Shown in pieces: positions 1 to 13,829 of a DNA stretch of 64,000 nt; within the stretch, counting starts at the first letter, position 1; each line of letters opens with the position of its first letter. The translations under genes were made by a program, and so were the position numbers. The notes under the pieces are model-generated. The model saw only the letters and a list, made by a program, of their open reading frames with translations, had not been told where the DNA came from and did not search any database. Source of the DNA: Camelus dromedarius (Eukaryota); contig NC_087437.1 in the NCBI RefSeq assembly GCF_036321535.1, positions 103,914,001-103,978,000 on the forward strand, given 5' to 3'.

Positions 1-839
1 GGAGTCAAATAACAAGACAGAATTAAAATGGGATGCTTACATGCTTCATCAACTGTTCATAAATGTCCCTCTTGGATTTCGAGGCAAGGAGTGGCTGGTT
101 AAGGAGAGAATCATATTTGGAAACCTGATGTGATAGGTGTCTATATTTTGGATCTATCTGCATCAATGGTGGCTTGATTAATGATTTCCCTACTTTGTTG
201 TTACGAACATTAACTAAATCTCATACTGCGTTTCTAGGTGTTCATATTTTGAAGTGATATCTCAGTAGATTGTTTCCTTTATTGTTGTTTTTTTCTAAAC
301 AAAGAAAATCTTCCTACTTAGGGGCAAAAATCAAAGCTCCCTCATACTCAGGAATGAGCTGATTATTTGTAATAATTCTAAGCAAATAGAAATGATCGTG
401 TAAACAGTGTTCCAATGTCTGAAAGGAATATTAGCATTCAGACTAAAACTACAGCATTTTAATAATCTCATCAGGGCTGATCAATTAATAAAAATGGGTC
501 ATTAGGAAATAACTAGCTAGGCCTTTCATTAATGTGCAAATAAGCCAAAATAGTATTAACATCTTCCACATTTGCCTAAGATGCATGCAGACAATGTTGT
601 TCAAGCATCAACCTCTTTTTCCTATGTTACTAAATTTTCTTAATTACATATTGTGTTTTACTTACTCATATAAAACACTGGAGAAAGGGGAAGTATAGGA
701 GGTAGAAAATGAATTCATAGTTGGTCATTTGATTGTGCAAAACTGGTGTCATTGCTCTTAACTGCCTCCCTAGCTGCTCCTTCTTCACAACATCCTTGCC
801 CTCACCGCTGCGCAGACTGGAAAACTCAGTCACCCTTGA

Positions 840-985
840 TGACAGTTTCACCTTCACCCCCATATCCAGTAAACACAAGCCCTTGTAGATTCCATTTCAT
901 ATTAATCTATAGAGTTCTTATCTACCTTTCTTTATTACACTATTTTGGTCCAAATCACCAAATTTTGTTGTCTGGCCACTATAAC

Positions 986-1024
<39 letters not shown>

Positions 1025-1615
1025 GGCTTCTACCAATGAATTCACACTTCTCCCAGCTACACAATTTCAATATTCACTGAGTAAAAATGTATTTTTATTA
1101 TCCTTGTGCTTATTATAGGAGAAGGGCTTCCCATTATTTTAAAAGTATAATTTTAAAAATAATCTATTACATGAGCATCATTCCATACCACGTACCTTCC
1201 CAGCATTTTCACCCTTGTCACACATCTGCATTCCATGGTCTAGACTTACATGTATTCCTTATGAGAAAATATGCTGTATTTTTTTGGATTCAACAGCCTT
1301 TACCTACTGTCTTAAATAGTTTTTCCGTATTTTTATTTTGGCTAAATCTAATTTTTAATTTCAGTATATGGTTAAATGTTACTTTGTAGTTAAGCTTCTA
1401 ATGACTTCCAAAATTGATCAAGTAGTCAGAGTATATGGATTCACAGCATGCTGCATTTTACACTTTTTAAAATGTATAACATACTTAATTTATTTGACTA
1501 ACACAGAAGAGCATATGCCCTAGGAAATAAAGGATGATATGTCTTGCACACCAGTACATCTACAGCGTTTCTTTAGTGCTTGCTAGATAGAAGATAATCA
1601 AATGATGATTTGAGA
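840..1615 (+). mobile_element. Degraded LINE-2 (L2) 3' region
   Basis: L2-like motifs (ccccatatccagtaaacacaagcccttgtagattccatttc; tctggccactataactgcc..actggc; tagtgcttgctagatagaagataatcaaatg at the 3' end). Highly diverged, boundaries approximate. Confidence 0.6.
990..1021. repeat. Poly(T) homopolymer, 32 nt, inside the L2
   Basis: Uninterrupted T run read directly. Confidence 0.95.
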
Positions 1616-1951
1616 CCTTCTTACCTTATCATTCACTTGATTTTGGGAAGATATGGAAATGTAATTAATGTTAAACCCCAAAATGAATTAATAACTGTCT
1701 TTTTATGGTAAGAAGTATATTTTCTTCCATAAAAATCTCCATTTATTGTGTGCTAAGATCTTAGAATAACGCAAATTAATATTGTTTTAAAAAATCAGTA
1801 AAAAACTCTTAGAGTATGCACAAGGGCCTTAGTTAAACATTCTGGAATGAGCATGCCAGTTTACAGCTGCTCTTTTAAAAACAAATTTACATGAAAGGAG
1901 TGGGTTTAAACAATAAATAGACCCAAATATCAAGAAAATGAGGAAGGTTAA

Positions 1952-1996
1952 AAACAACAACAACAACAATAACAACAACAACAACAACAACAACAA
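1952..1996. repeat. (CAA)n microsatellite
   Basis: aacaacaac... with one aat interruption. Confidence 0.95.
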
Positions 1997-2023
1997 GGTC
2001 TGGGAACAGGAAAGCAGAGGGGT

Positions 2024-2058
2024 GATGGACGGACGGATGGATGGATGGATGGATAGAT
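2024..2058. repeat. (GGAC/GGAT)n tetranucleotide repeat
   Basis: gatggacggacggatggatggatggatggatagat read directly. Confidence 0.9.
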
Positions 2059-2059
2059 A

Positions 2060-3810
2060 AATAGAAAACGGACATTATGCAAAACTGTGAATAAGGCTGA
2101 AATTCTCAGAGTGGCTAAGGAATTGGATGAGCCAAGTACTTCTGAAATTTTCGGGTGCCTGTGAAGCTGACAGGAGAAATCATACAAAATCTGTAAAAAC
2201 AGAAAATAGACTCATGTGACTCTTCACCATCTTTTCAACTGGTAAATTACCCTTTGTCCCTTTAAGAGTAGACTGTAAATTCCTCTTTGGGACTGCTGAA
2301 AAAGAGAAACTTAGAAGGGATCCTAAGACACAGCTGAGATTAAAGGTGCTTTACTTCAGACATGGAAATAATGATAAAGTCTGTGTTCAGAATAGAGGTG
2401 ACAACTCCTCCCAAGACACGTTCTCCCGTTAGCTGTGAGAACATGGTAGCCAGGCTTGCAATCTCACCCAAGACACTGAAGAATTCCTCTCCAGCAACAC
2501 TTATCTAAGAGAAAAACCATGCAGAGATACTCCCTTTTTGAGATACCCTTTTATGTAAGGGTCTGGAAAGATCACGCCACAATAAAATCAGCAAATTCCA
2601 TCAACCTGCATAGAACTTCCAATTAGCTTAGATACAGCCTTGCTCTTTAATGTGAAGAGAGCCTAGTCTTACCAGACATTTGTAAAAAACCTTTACCATG
2701 AAACACAGATACCAAAGCAAGTAGACACACACACAAAAAAGAGAAAATATGGGTAAAAGAAAAAAAAAGTCAATTGTTAAACATTAACATTCTAAAATAT
2801 TAACTAGATCATCCATGCAAAACACCAGTAGGCACTACAAAGAAACAGTAAGAAGGACTTCAATAGGACTTTCTCCAAGAAATAGACAAAATTACTAAAC
2901 TAGCTGAAAGTCCTGAGAGGAGAGTTACACTTCTGGTGGAAAGTTAAGGTATATTTTATCATAGATACATAGAAAATTAAGCAAAAAGTGAATGAGCCTA
3001 TTATTAACCCAAAGTATATACACATAAGGGAATAAAATCGTAATATGATAGATTTACAACTATAAGTAATAATTACCAGGTCTTGATATTTGTCATACTA
3101 AGTAGCACAAAATTATGGCACAATTATATTAAAATATATGATAGAAAGAAAAATACCATATGATATCACTCATATGTAGAATTTAAAAAAAAAAAAGGAC
3201 ACTATGAACATCTACAAAACAGAAACAGACTCACAGACATGGTAAACATTCTTATGGTGACCAAGGGAAGGGGATGGGAAGGGATAAATTTGGGAGTTTG
3301 AGATTTACAAATGTTAACCACTATATATAAAAATAGATTTTTAAAATAAGTTTCTTCTGTATAGCATAGGGAACCATATTCAGTATGTTGTAATAACCTT
3401 TAATGAAAAAATATGAAAATGAATTTATATATGTATATGCATAACTGGGACATTGTGCTGTACACCAGAAATTGACACATAGTAATTGACTATACCTCAA
3501 TTAAAAAATAAATATATAAGGAATTGTATGCATGTGGGGACAGATACAAGGAAACTGGTTGTATTTTTCCTTAGTAGAAACTCCTTCCCTTAGTAGAAAT
3601 ATTTCAAAAGAGAGAAACCAAAAAATATAAATATATTATTTTTGCAAAATACAGGCAAACTCAAAAAGAGCTTAGCTAAAGATTATAAAGACTTTACCTC
3701 TGGATATTGTGAAATAGGTGAGACATGTGAGAGCTATTGTTTTCCATTATCCGTTTGGCAGAAGTCTTTAACTATTTTAATTACAAGATTTTGCATCCTT
3801 AATATAAATG
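2060..3810 (+). mobile_element. Ancient HAL1 (half-L1)-like element, interrupted by a young L1 3' end at 3141-3510
   Basis: ttaccagacatttgtaaaaaacctttaccatgaaacacagatacc (~2670) resembles the HAL1/L1ME ORF1 start; ttacctctgga...gctattgttttccattat...aactattttaattac (3690-3790) resembles the HAL1 3' end. Confidence 0.5.
3141..3510 (+). mobile_element. 5'-truncated young L1 (3' UTR only), camelid/artiodactyl type
   Basis: gaaaaataccatatgatatcactcatatgtagaa...tacaaaacagaaacagactcacagacat...gctgtacaccagaaattgacacat..tgactatacctcaattaaaaaa; TT|AAAA at 3129-3134 and possible TSD aaatatat on both sides. Confidence 0.9.
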
Positions 3811-5129
3811 TTTACAAACAAACCAAGAAACCTCATGCCCAGTTATTTTAAAAAGCCTTGTACACCAAAGCATATCATAAGCTTTACTCTACTCCTGACT
3901 AAATTCATGATTATTCAGGTAAGAAAACTGGTGAGAACTCTCTTTGAATAGTATGGGTTAGGTATTATATATATATATATATTTATTTCTCTGAAATTAT
4001 TTTCAGTATATAATAGTGACAAAATTGTATTTTTATATGTTTTTCTCAAAATATATTTTATATTAACATAGAGATAAAATGTAATGAAATGAATTAAATT
4101 AAGGCATTATTTTCCTACTACAATTACATGTAATTATATCCAATTCTTATGGTGGTGTGGTGCCACAGAAGTATGCATAACCTGGTGCTTTGAGTATACA
4201 CCAAGAAATTTAAACCAAGATAACATTTCCTTTATTCTGTAAACCCTTTAGCAAATATACATGAAACAAATTTTATCCAATATGTTTGTGAATATCACAG
4301 TTATGTTTTATTATAGTTTCTGTATTTCTGATTGTTACTTAAAATAGGAAATTTTGGACATGGCAAGAATTTAGAAATGTGAAAATAATTTTAAATGTGA
4401 AAATAGTCTTGGCAAAAGTATAAGGTTATATATGGCAAAACTGTACACATTTATTAAAAATAATATGTTCAAAGTTACTGACGTTGGGAAATGTTCACAA
4501 CATAAATATAAGCAAAATTGGTCACAAAAATAATTACTTATTAAGGTGATTCAACATGTTATTATTAGTTTTCAGTTTTACTTTGTATATCCTCTATTTA
4601 CAAAATCATGTATCAAATGAATATAAAGTGTTACACATTAAAGTATTCCTGTATACCTAATATGACTAATACAACATATTTCCATTTATTAGAAGCCAAG
4701 ACAAGTCAATGCAATGGTGTTTTTCAGGAATTAAATAAATATAATAGAAATTTCATTAATTTATCCCCTGAGTAGCAAATATTTGAAATAGTCTATATTT
4801 GCTGATCAATTCTATAAGATGCAAAAACCATAATTTTTAAAAAGTTATTATTTTATGCATTATATTCTTTTGTCTTTCAGATGACCTTTCCAGAATCAAA
4901 TGCAATAAAGTATATGTCTATTGTTTTATGACTGTTAATGCCTGTTGCCATTTTCCACTTTACTATACATTAGATATCCATCTTCATGCATCAGAATTGC
5001 ATATTCTATTTTCTACATAAGGCTTTTAGTTACAAAGGGCTGTTGACCACCTGTATTTATCAATTCCCAAGATAATACTAAAGTTATACTACAGGGATTC
5101 CAATAGGAGAAAAATAAAATACCAATGAT

Positions 5130-6750
5130 CATAAAACAATTACAGTTGGAATTTCAAGTCAAAGATATACCTCAACGTGAAATAAAACACCGAGTAAAAG
5201 AAAGAGAAAGAGAGAATTAGAGAACTGGGAAATTCAGATGGAACTATTATAATATTCAGAGAGAGAACAAAGAAAACAAAATAAAGGATATTATCAAAGA
5301 ATAATGGGGAGTAAATTGAAGAGGATTGAAATATATATATATCTCAATGTTCAGCTACAAATGCTTTTTTAAAAAAAAATAACTAAACCCCAATCTGAAG
5401 AAATAAATCTTGTACCCAAATTTTGTAAAGAGAAGGGGAAAGAATGATGAATTGGTTCAATGCAATATTATAAACTCAAAGTTTAGTCCTTGGAGTATAT
5501 TTGAGCACAAAAGCCAAAATAGAATTAAGCCATAAAGCAGAGTTACCATGAATACAAGAAGTCATAGAAATACTGAGTACCCGGGATGTACTTATCAATG
5601 GTAGAGCATGATTCACATGATTAACAGTGCTATATATTATAAAGGCCGTTATAAAGAGTAAATCCTAATAGTTCTCATCAGAATAATATTTTGTCTTTTT
5701 CTTTTATTTCCTATGTATATGAGATGGTGCATATTCACTAAAGTTATTTGTTGCACACTTTGAACTTACACAGTGCTATATGTTAATTATATCTCAATAA
5801 AACTGAAAGAACAGAAAGACATTATTCAAATAGAAACAGAAAGTAACAATAGAGAAAATCAGTAGATCCAAAGCCAGTTTTTTGGAAGAAATCTTTAGCC
5901 AAACTCAGAATATCTTGAATGAAGATCTGTAATGAAAAATAGGATATCACTATAAATACTATAAACTTTAAAAAGATAACAGGAGAACATGATGAACAAT
6001 TTTATGGCAGAGTATTCCACAAATTATAGAAAGTGGTGAAACTCCGTTCTTTTTTTCAATGTTTACTCAAGAATATATACATAACCTAAATAATGATGTA
6101 TGTGTTGAACAAATTACATTTATTACATAAACACCATTCTACAAAGAAATCTTCAGATCTATCCAGCTTCATTAGTGGATTTTACTAAACATTTAGGTAA
6201 TAGGACAAATTCTATACAACCTATTTCAGCAGAGGTGATAAATCTTCCCATTCATTTTGTTAAGTAAGCATTGACATGATACCAAAACTAGATAAAGACA
6301 TTACTTAAAAAGGAAAGTACAGGTGCATATTTTAATAAATGTAGACATTTGACTGTAGTAAAATCATATCTAATGATAAAGACTAACACACTATAACTAA
6401 ATGGAGTTTACTGAAGAATTTAAGTCGATGTGACATTTAGAAATCAATTAGTATGATTTATTGTATCAATAGACTAAAAATATGATATTTCAACATCCAT
6501 TCATGGTAAGAATATCTTAGCAAACTAAAAACATCAGCATCCTTACTTAGGTTAAGGAAGTCCCTAACAAAAACGTACAATTTAGACCATACTTAATGAT
6601 CAAATACTGAATGATACTCCTCCAATATTAGAGACAACACAAAGATACAGAGACTCATTATTTCTATTCAACGTTATATTTGAACACATAGCCAATGCAA
6701 AGAGACATGCAAAAGCATCATGAAGATAGGAAAAGAGGCATTAAAACTGC
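5130..6750 (+). mobile_element. Old L1M fragments (ORF1-like piece, then decayed ORF2), interrupted at 5575-5812
   Basis: acaatagagaaaatcagtagatccaaagccagtttttgg; gataccaaaactagataaagacattac; tttctattcaacgttatatttgaacacatagccaatgcaa are ORF2-like and occur in the expected order. Confidence 0.75.
5575..5812 (+). mobile_element. Nested L1 3' end (artiodactyl L1MA-derived type)
   Basis: gtaaatcctaatagttctcatca...acactttgaacttacacagtgctatatgttaattatatctcaataaaactg; the same terminus occurs at 28950-29010. Confidence 0.8.
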
Positions 6751-6751
6751 C

Positions 6752-6860
6752 CAACTGAGATGTTCCTGATGTCCTGACCCACAGAATCCATAAACATAGC
6801 AGAATTATTGTATCACACCACCAAATTTTTAAATGGTTTGTTAGGTAGCATAGAAAAGTT
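6752..6860 (+). mobile_element. MLT1 (MaLR LTR) 3' fragment
   Basis: tcctgacccacagaatcca..aattattgtatcacaccaccaaattttt..ggtttgttaggtagcatagaaaa matches the typical MLT1 3' end. Confidence 0.65.
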
Positions 6861-6879
6861 AAATATAAGTTTTTGAACA

Positions 6880-7680
6880 GAAGCTATAGCAATGTTCCAG
6901 GGAAGTCATGATGGTGACTTGGAAAAGGTCATAACAGTGATATTAATAAGATTAGATACTGAATATATATTTTGAATATGGGAGATGTCTTTTAGACATA
7001 CAAGCGGAGAGGTCAGCGAAGTAGCTGAATATAGAGAACAGTATTTTGAGAAGGATCTCTAGTTGGGAGGAAGACATCTGAGAGTCATCAGAAATTATAC
7101 AGTATTTAAAGGCATGAGACTGAGTGAAAAAAAAAAAAACAAAACTATGGTGGTGAATTTAGTTAGACTAAGGAAGAAACTCAGTAACCCCTGACATTTC
7201 ATACAGAAGAGTTAGGAGAGGACTGTAATCAGGAAGGTAGATGTTGAGAAGTCAATGAGGCTGAAATAACACCAGGATTATTATTATTTTTGCCTGTGAA
7301 AGACAAGTGAAGCAAATATAATCAGAAAGCAAGTTGATCAATAGTATCAGATTATACTCAATTAAGTAAGAAAAAAACTCAAAACTGATGAGCATTTATT
7401 TAATACAGAAGGCACTGTTAGCTAGGCCAACGTCAGGTTCACTGATGTAGGCCGTATTCTGATTAGAGTTGAATAATGAGGACCAGCAGAATAAAAATTA
7501 CACTATTATAGACAACTACTGAGATAAATTTGGATCACAGGGAAACAGAGAGGGATGTGGGTCAAGAGAAGATTTTTTTGTTCTTTTTTAAATAATATTG
7601 AAGAGGTAAGAATGTATTTGCATGCTTATAAGAATAATCCAGTAACAAGAGAATGAATGTAACAGAAAGATGTTTAAGAT
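6880..7680 (-). mobile_element. L2 fragments
   Basis: gatggtgacttggaaaagg..attagatactgaatatatattttga; agagtcatcagaaattatacagtatttaaaggcatgagactgagtga are antisense L2 motifs. Confidence 0.7.
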
Positions 7681-8023
7681 TTATCTATTTCAAAATTAGA
7701 ATTCATGACTTAGGTTTTGTTTGTGATATATTTATATAAATTGAAGAACAAAGTCAGATAATTTTTTCCATAACTTAAAGTCTATTTTGACAATACAATG
7801 TAGTTTGCTGATTTAAGTTAGATATTTTCCATCAATTGAAATCATCTGTAGTGGTATATATTTAAGCAACTATATTTAAAATCTAATTTACACATTTTAT
7901 AAGATAAACTCTCTTCATGGTATTGAAGTTTAAAATGTATTTTGATTTTCTAAAACTACAAGTGCATTGTGTTAAGCAGAATTTCTCTAGGTGAAAGTTT
8001 AACAGTTATATTTCTGTTACTTC

Positions 8024-8370
8024 TGTAATGGAAATAAAAGCAAAAATAAACAAATGGGACCTAATTAAACTTACAAGCTTTTACACAGCTAAGAATACCT
8101 TCAACAAAATGCAAATACAGCCTACAAACCAGGAAAAGATATTTGCAAAAGACATGGCCGATGAGGGACTAATTTCCAAAATATACAAACAGTTCATACA
8201 GTTTAATATCAAAAATCCAACAACCCAACCAATCAAAAAATGGGCAGAAGACCTAAATAGACATTTTTCCAAAGAAGACATCCAGATGGCCAACAGGCAC
8301 ATGAAAATATGCTCAGTATCACTAATTATTAGAGAAATGCAAATCAAAACTACAATGAGCTATCACTTTC
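8024..8370 (+). mobile_element. Young L1 ORF2 C-terminal fragment
   Basis: ORF 8028-8408 reads [15 protein letters not shown]...[41 protein letters not shown], canonical L1 ORF2p. Confidence 0.93.
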
Positions 8371-9040
8371 TACCCATAGAACAGCTATCACCAAAAGACA
8401 GAAGATAACAAGTGTTCAAAAAGATATGAAAAAACTGGAAAACCCACACTTGTATTGTGAAACATACAATTATTCTATGACCTAGGAATTCCACTATTAG
8501 GTATATATTGCAAAGAAATAAAACCATATTTGCACCCAAAAACTTGTGCATAAATGTTAATACCATTATTTATATTAACCAAACAGTAAAAAAATCTGAA
8601 ATATCCATCAAATGATGAATGGATAGACAAACAGCGGTGTAAGTCTATGACGGAATATTATTCTACAACAAAAAGGAAGTCCTGTTAAAGTGCTACAACA
8701 TGAATGAACGTTGAAAACGGTATGCTGAGTGAAATAAGCCAGTCACAGAAGACCACTTATTGTATCTCTGTTTTTTAGGAAATGCTCACAATAGGCAAAT
8801 GAGTAGAAAGAAGGTAGATTTTTCATGACTAAGGATGGAGGAATGGGGTGGGGTGGGAAACAACTGCTGATGATTACATGGTCTCTTTTTTAGGTGATGC
8901 AAATATTCTAAAATTGATTATGGTAATAGTGGCACAACTCTGTTAATATGCTAAAAACCATTAACTGGAGGGTTCAATGTGTGACTAGTACTATATATTA
9001 ATTATATTCCCAATAAATCTGTTAAAAATAATTAAATAAA
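8371..9040 (+). mobile_element. Old L1MB-type (L1MB7/8-like) 3' end
   Basis: gaaaacggtatgctgagtgaaataagccagtcacagaagaccacttattg; ggtgatgcaaatattctaaaattgattatggtaatagtggcacaactctgttaatatgctaaaaacc; aataaatctgttaaaaa terminus. Confidence 0.85.
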
Positions 9041-9844
9041 TGGATAAATGGGTCCAATATTACTGAAAAAGACTACACAAAGTAGCTATTTTTAAGTTTG
9101 ATCTTATTTCTGCAATCAATATTATGAATGACCTGACATTAATTATAATTTGGGGTACCTGTACTAATCGACTTGCATTTTTTAACATGATTTAACTCTT
9201 GCTACTTTATGGCGATTTAAGTAGTTTTTGATCCATATGTAAATTCATATACATCCAAGCAATTTATGCAGTTTTCATTCCCCTGTTTTACTTCCTAGAA
9301 TAACGTGACAGTATTCTCACCTCATAGCACTTTATTTGAAAATCAATATCCCATTAGATATATTGAAATGTGTGACTACCGATGCCTGGAAATACAATCT
9401 AACACAGGCTAAAAAACTTTGCCAATGTTGAAATACAAGCTCTCTTTTTTCGTAAAAACTACATTGAAAAGGAGATTGAATAGTTACCTTATTGTGAAAC
9501 ATCATCATTATTTTTACATCTAAAGAAAAGTGGGATGTTAACAAGGTAATCAAATAGAGTTAACATGCTCTTCAATACAAGATGCAATATTTTTCTTTAA
9601 TGTTTCACCATATTTTGTTTTCAATTTTTTAAAATTCTTTTTCTAGAAGTTTAATTTTTTTGCTGAGTCAATGTAACTAATGCTAAATAGTAAAATTCAT
9701 TTTTGTCACTTCCTGTCTTAGTTTTTTCCAACTAGCTTTCAGAGACTCACTACAGAAACAGACTTGAAAAGATGCACAGATGTTATGACTGAATATACTA
9801 AGAATAAGTTCCAGCTTCCCCATAAATGGAGAAAAATAGGTATG

Positions 9845-10010
9845 GTATTTTAAGCAACATCTCTGACCATCAGCATCCACATGTGTAAAATAATGGCAGT
9901 AACCCTTCCTTTCAGAGTGTTTGGAAATAATAAACACAATGGAAGATAAAATGCCCAACATTGTATCTGACAACCAGAATGTGACAAAATATTAAGATGA
10001 TGATTACTGT
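9845..10010 (+). mobile_element. MIR SINE fragment
   Basis: ctctgaccatcagcatccacatgtgtaaaataatgg core-like motif, then aaaatgcccaacattgtatctgacaaccagaa. Confidence 0.6.
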
Positions 10011-13000
10011 AATACATGTAAATATGTAATAATATTCCTGGCCACTGAAAGGTACATGAGCTAGTCCACTGTGGAAAAACAGTAATAGAAACAAGTGAAA
10101 AATCTTGTTAAATAGATTATGTATTAATGAAAGCTTGAGTCTTAATTTCAGATTTAGGCAAATTCTAAAATCTCATGGAACATTGTAACCACAGTGTTAT
10201 TGTCTTGCCTTATTGTCCTACTGTCCAATGATATGATACCAGATTGGGATTGTTCTCTTTCTAAAAATTCACTTAAAGAGATTTTTTTAAATCTCTGTAA
10301 CTTACCTGTCCAAATTAGCTTGGTGGGTTTTTGTCAGTTTCCTCAGATAATCTTAATGTAAATTTAAATAACTGTAAACAGCTTCTTACTCTCACTTTGC
10401 TTTTCCTGAAATCTATAGAGTATGTAGTAGCTTTCAAATGGATATACTAAAAACTAAGTGAGATTAACTACACAGTGATGCCTGCAACATGCCAGAAATC
10501 CAATCTTTGTTACACTCTCTGACTTAACCTCTAGAATCATCTGAGATGCATTCCAGCTTCTACAGTTCCATTTCTGCTTTACTTCCCAAAGAGCTGAACA
10601 CAATCCAGGTCAGAGATCAGAAGGCTTCTTTATACAACTGTCTTAGTACTTAGTGCATTGACAGGAAAAAAAAAAAAACAAACTTCAATAAAGTATCAGG
10701 ATTTGTGGATTTATATTTTGAGCTTGATAAATATTCAAGTAGTTGGTACATTTAGGGACAAATTTTAATGGTCTAACAATTTTCTGACAAAAAATATTCT
10801 AACAAAATTCTAATGAAAATAAAAATACACTGTGATTTAGGTCTGAAAGGTTGTGTTTCACTCCTAGAATTCTGATGTCACCATTTTTTAAAGAACATAA
10901 TGGTCTTGATGTTACACTACGTATTAGACCTATCAGTCATATTATGATTTTATGTCATTTATATAATGATCACATGAACTTCAAATAAACTGCCAGCTAT
11001 ATAATACACTTGGCATGTGTTAATCATGTTTTCAAATATTTATGAGAAAATACAACGTCATAATACAGGGATAGCACATAGCACACAAAGAAACACATCA
11101 TCCCTTTAAATATACAATGTCAAGAGCTTTGAATTCAACAAACAAAACATGTTATCTAAATGGTGTTAAATCATACAATACCTAACATTCAGATTTAAAA
11201 ATAAATTTTAATTAATAATATTGATATTTAATACTTAAAATTTACTTGTAAGGAAAAAAGCATTTGAGTGCATTGATATCCTGTGAAATTACTGTTGATT
11301 GATTGTATACCTAAAGTCATGACCATTTTACTAAATATCGTTGCTATGTCCTACTACATTCTTATCTTTTTCCTCTCAAATGCAACATAAACACATGAAC
11401 CAAAGGTTATACAATGTGCCACCCAGAAATACTGAAACATTTAAAGTTCAAAATTCCTATTAACTTTCCAATTCCAGTTTCCAAAATTGCTGCGTCTTTC
11501 ATTTTACCTGATCAGTGCAGAATTAGGTCTGAATTTACACTCTCCACGAAATGCCAGATTTTTAAATTTTTATCATGTGCACTGTGGAAAATGAAAGCAT
11601 TGTTGCCAGACTGGCCTAGAATAAAAGACAGTCCATTAGGAAAAAGAGATGTTAATTAGATTTGCAAAACAGAACCACCTGACACAATATGAAACATTGC
11701 TTACATGTGTCAATATTTTAAAAAATTATAGATGGTATTTTTAAAAGGAGAAAACTATTTATACCTTTTAAAATGAAGTTACATTATTGTTAAAAGGTAT
11801 ATATTTGTGTAAAAAAAAAATCTAGTTATTTTTCTCCAGTTGGAGCTAAAGAAATTTTAATTTGATGGCTGTTTTTAATAATAGGTTATCTTTGTTTTTA
11901 ACATAAATTTCTACATATTTTTATACATGTGCATTGAATTTATGTACATATTTCGTTTGATATGTCATTATTACAATCATTGTTAATACAGAAGAAGATA
12001 AATACAATCAGCAACATAATTACAATATTTTGTGTTTTTTTTTCCTGCACGGTGTATCCATCAGTGCTTTGTGGAAAGAAATGAGAACTCAGCCGAATAT
12101 GTACATAATTTCTTTACAAAAATAAGATGGATGGCCAGTGTATTTATGTAAAAGATGACAATTATCTAGAATCAATCATATAAGGATATTATTCCTTTTG
12201 ATTTTCAAAAGTATGAATTAAATGAAGTTATCAACAATATGGTGAGGATTTTTTCCCAAACCCTTGTTCAAATATAACTTGTGTGATTCTTAGTAGAATT
12301 AAATCATTCTAAATGTTTTCAAATTCATTTTACAAACCATTATATTTATGGTCGTTCTTATACTTTTCATTTGCACAAGTGACCAAGAAAATTTTCCTTC
12401 ACATTTCACACCAATAAATCTTCACGATGCACAAAAATATAGAAGAATTTCCTTTAAGAAGTACTTTGTTTAACAGTGCTTTTTTAAATGTTTGTGGTGG
12501 TCACAGACCCAGGATGAAAATTCTGGATTCTATTTCTGGGTAAAAAAAAATATACATAAATATATTTCACAATTTGTCTTTAAAAATCCCTCAAATTATT
12601 ATGCTGTCTGCTATCAAAATACTATGAAGTGATTCTCTCATTCCTATAATAGATTATTAATATTAAAGAAAAATATTCATTAATATTTTATTCTATTCAG
12701 TCTTTACTGTGAAAAAATAATTAATGAAGATAGGGTATTATACATAGAATACTGACTTTAATAATATTCTGCCTAAGCCAGAAGGAAAGATGAGAAATTA
12801 TCTGATAGCCATAAACACAGATGGTACAAAAGAAAATCTGGAAGCCATTCTGCCATTTCTAATATTCAAAAAAATAATCATGGCAAGTAGTCATCTCTGA
12901 AGAAAAGATAATTTATCTTGTAAATTATATTCTTAAGCAATTTTGTTAAAGATGAATCAAGTTGCTCAATATGGCAGATCATGTGGATGAGCTTATTCAG

Positions 13001-13829
13001 CATTTGGTCCAAGATCCACTCATATATCTTCCAAAGGATGCCTCCTAAAAAGAAGTCCACAAAGAGAAGACAATAACACTGCTAAAGCTGGAAATCTAAA
13101 TTTCATTTCAATGATTGCTTACAGCTAGGGTGTTAGATTTGATTTTCATTTTAGTATTGCTGTGAAACTTGGAATTCATTGGGTGGTAACTGAGGAGAGA
13201 AGAAGGGTTGGAGACGGTCCTGTGGGTATGGACTGTGGCAGGGAAGGTGCTTTCAAGGACTGTAGTTATATTGACAGGATCCCATTTCAAAAGGCAGTTC
13301 CCTTCCCACTGCAAAAGGAACAGCAAATACAGTTTAGGGGATGATTGCTGGAAGCTTGCTCTGAGTTTATCTGCTCATCCCCTCTTACTGATTCTGAGTG
13401 ATTTAATGCCCAATACTGACTCATTGTCTGTTTCACCTTGCATGTATCATATGCCTTGCAACTTAACCCTGACTACTGTGCCCACCAAGGTCATTTTTAT
13501 TGTTACCTGGTATTTACCTTTGTACAATAGTTCAGCGCATCATATAGTCTCATTGTTTTTATCTTCATTACTCTTGTTTGGGGGATTTTACTCCCTCAAC
13601 TGTGTCTTCTTAAACTCTCAGTCAGTGCACTCAGTCTCTGTCCCCAACCTGTCCATGCTGGGGATGGTGAAACAACCTCTCTGAAAAATGTGGATATTTA
13701 AACTTCTGACCAAAGCAACTGCTTCAAGAAGTGGATAAAACGCTCGATGTTAACCAGTTATTCGCTAGGATTGTTATATAAAAACTGAACGACTTTGTTG
13801 CTGTACAATGCAGTGAATTTTTTTTACAG

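Noticed and set aside
984..1030. Poly(T)32 as a tail-only retro-insertion
   Set aside because: The putative TSD (actgcc/actggc) is short and imperfect with no TTTT|AA site; simple expansion inside the L2 is sufficient.
5580..5615. Second tRNA-SINE head (gggatgtacttatcaatggtagagcatg)
   Set aside because: No B box; it fits the start of the L1 3' UTR fragment that continues to 5812.
10306..10405. Minus-strand exon with a perfect CAG|GTAAGT donor
   Set aside because: All three frames contain stops and the acceptor is mediocre; isolated consensus donors are expected by chance.
13038..13076. Micro-ORF MPPKKKSTKRRQ resembling a nuclear localisation signal
   Set aside because: Only 12 codons in A-rich DNA; Lys/Arg richness is expected from base composition.
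13208..13684. Longest ORF (158 aa) as a protein-coding gene
   Set aside because: Non-ATG start, no recognisable domain, and an L/S/V-rich composition typical of chance ORFs.
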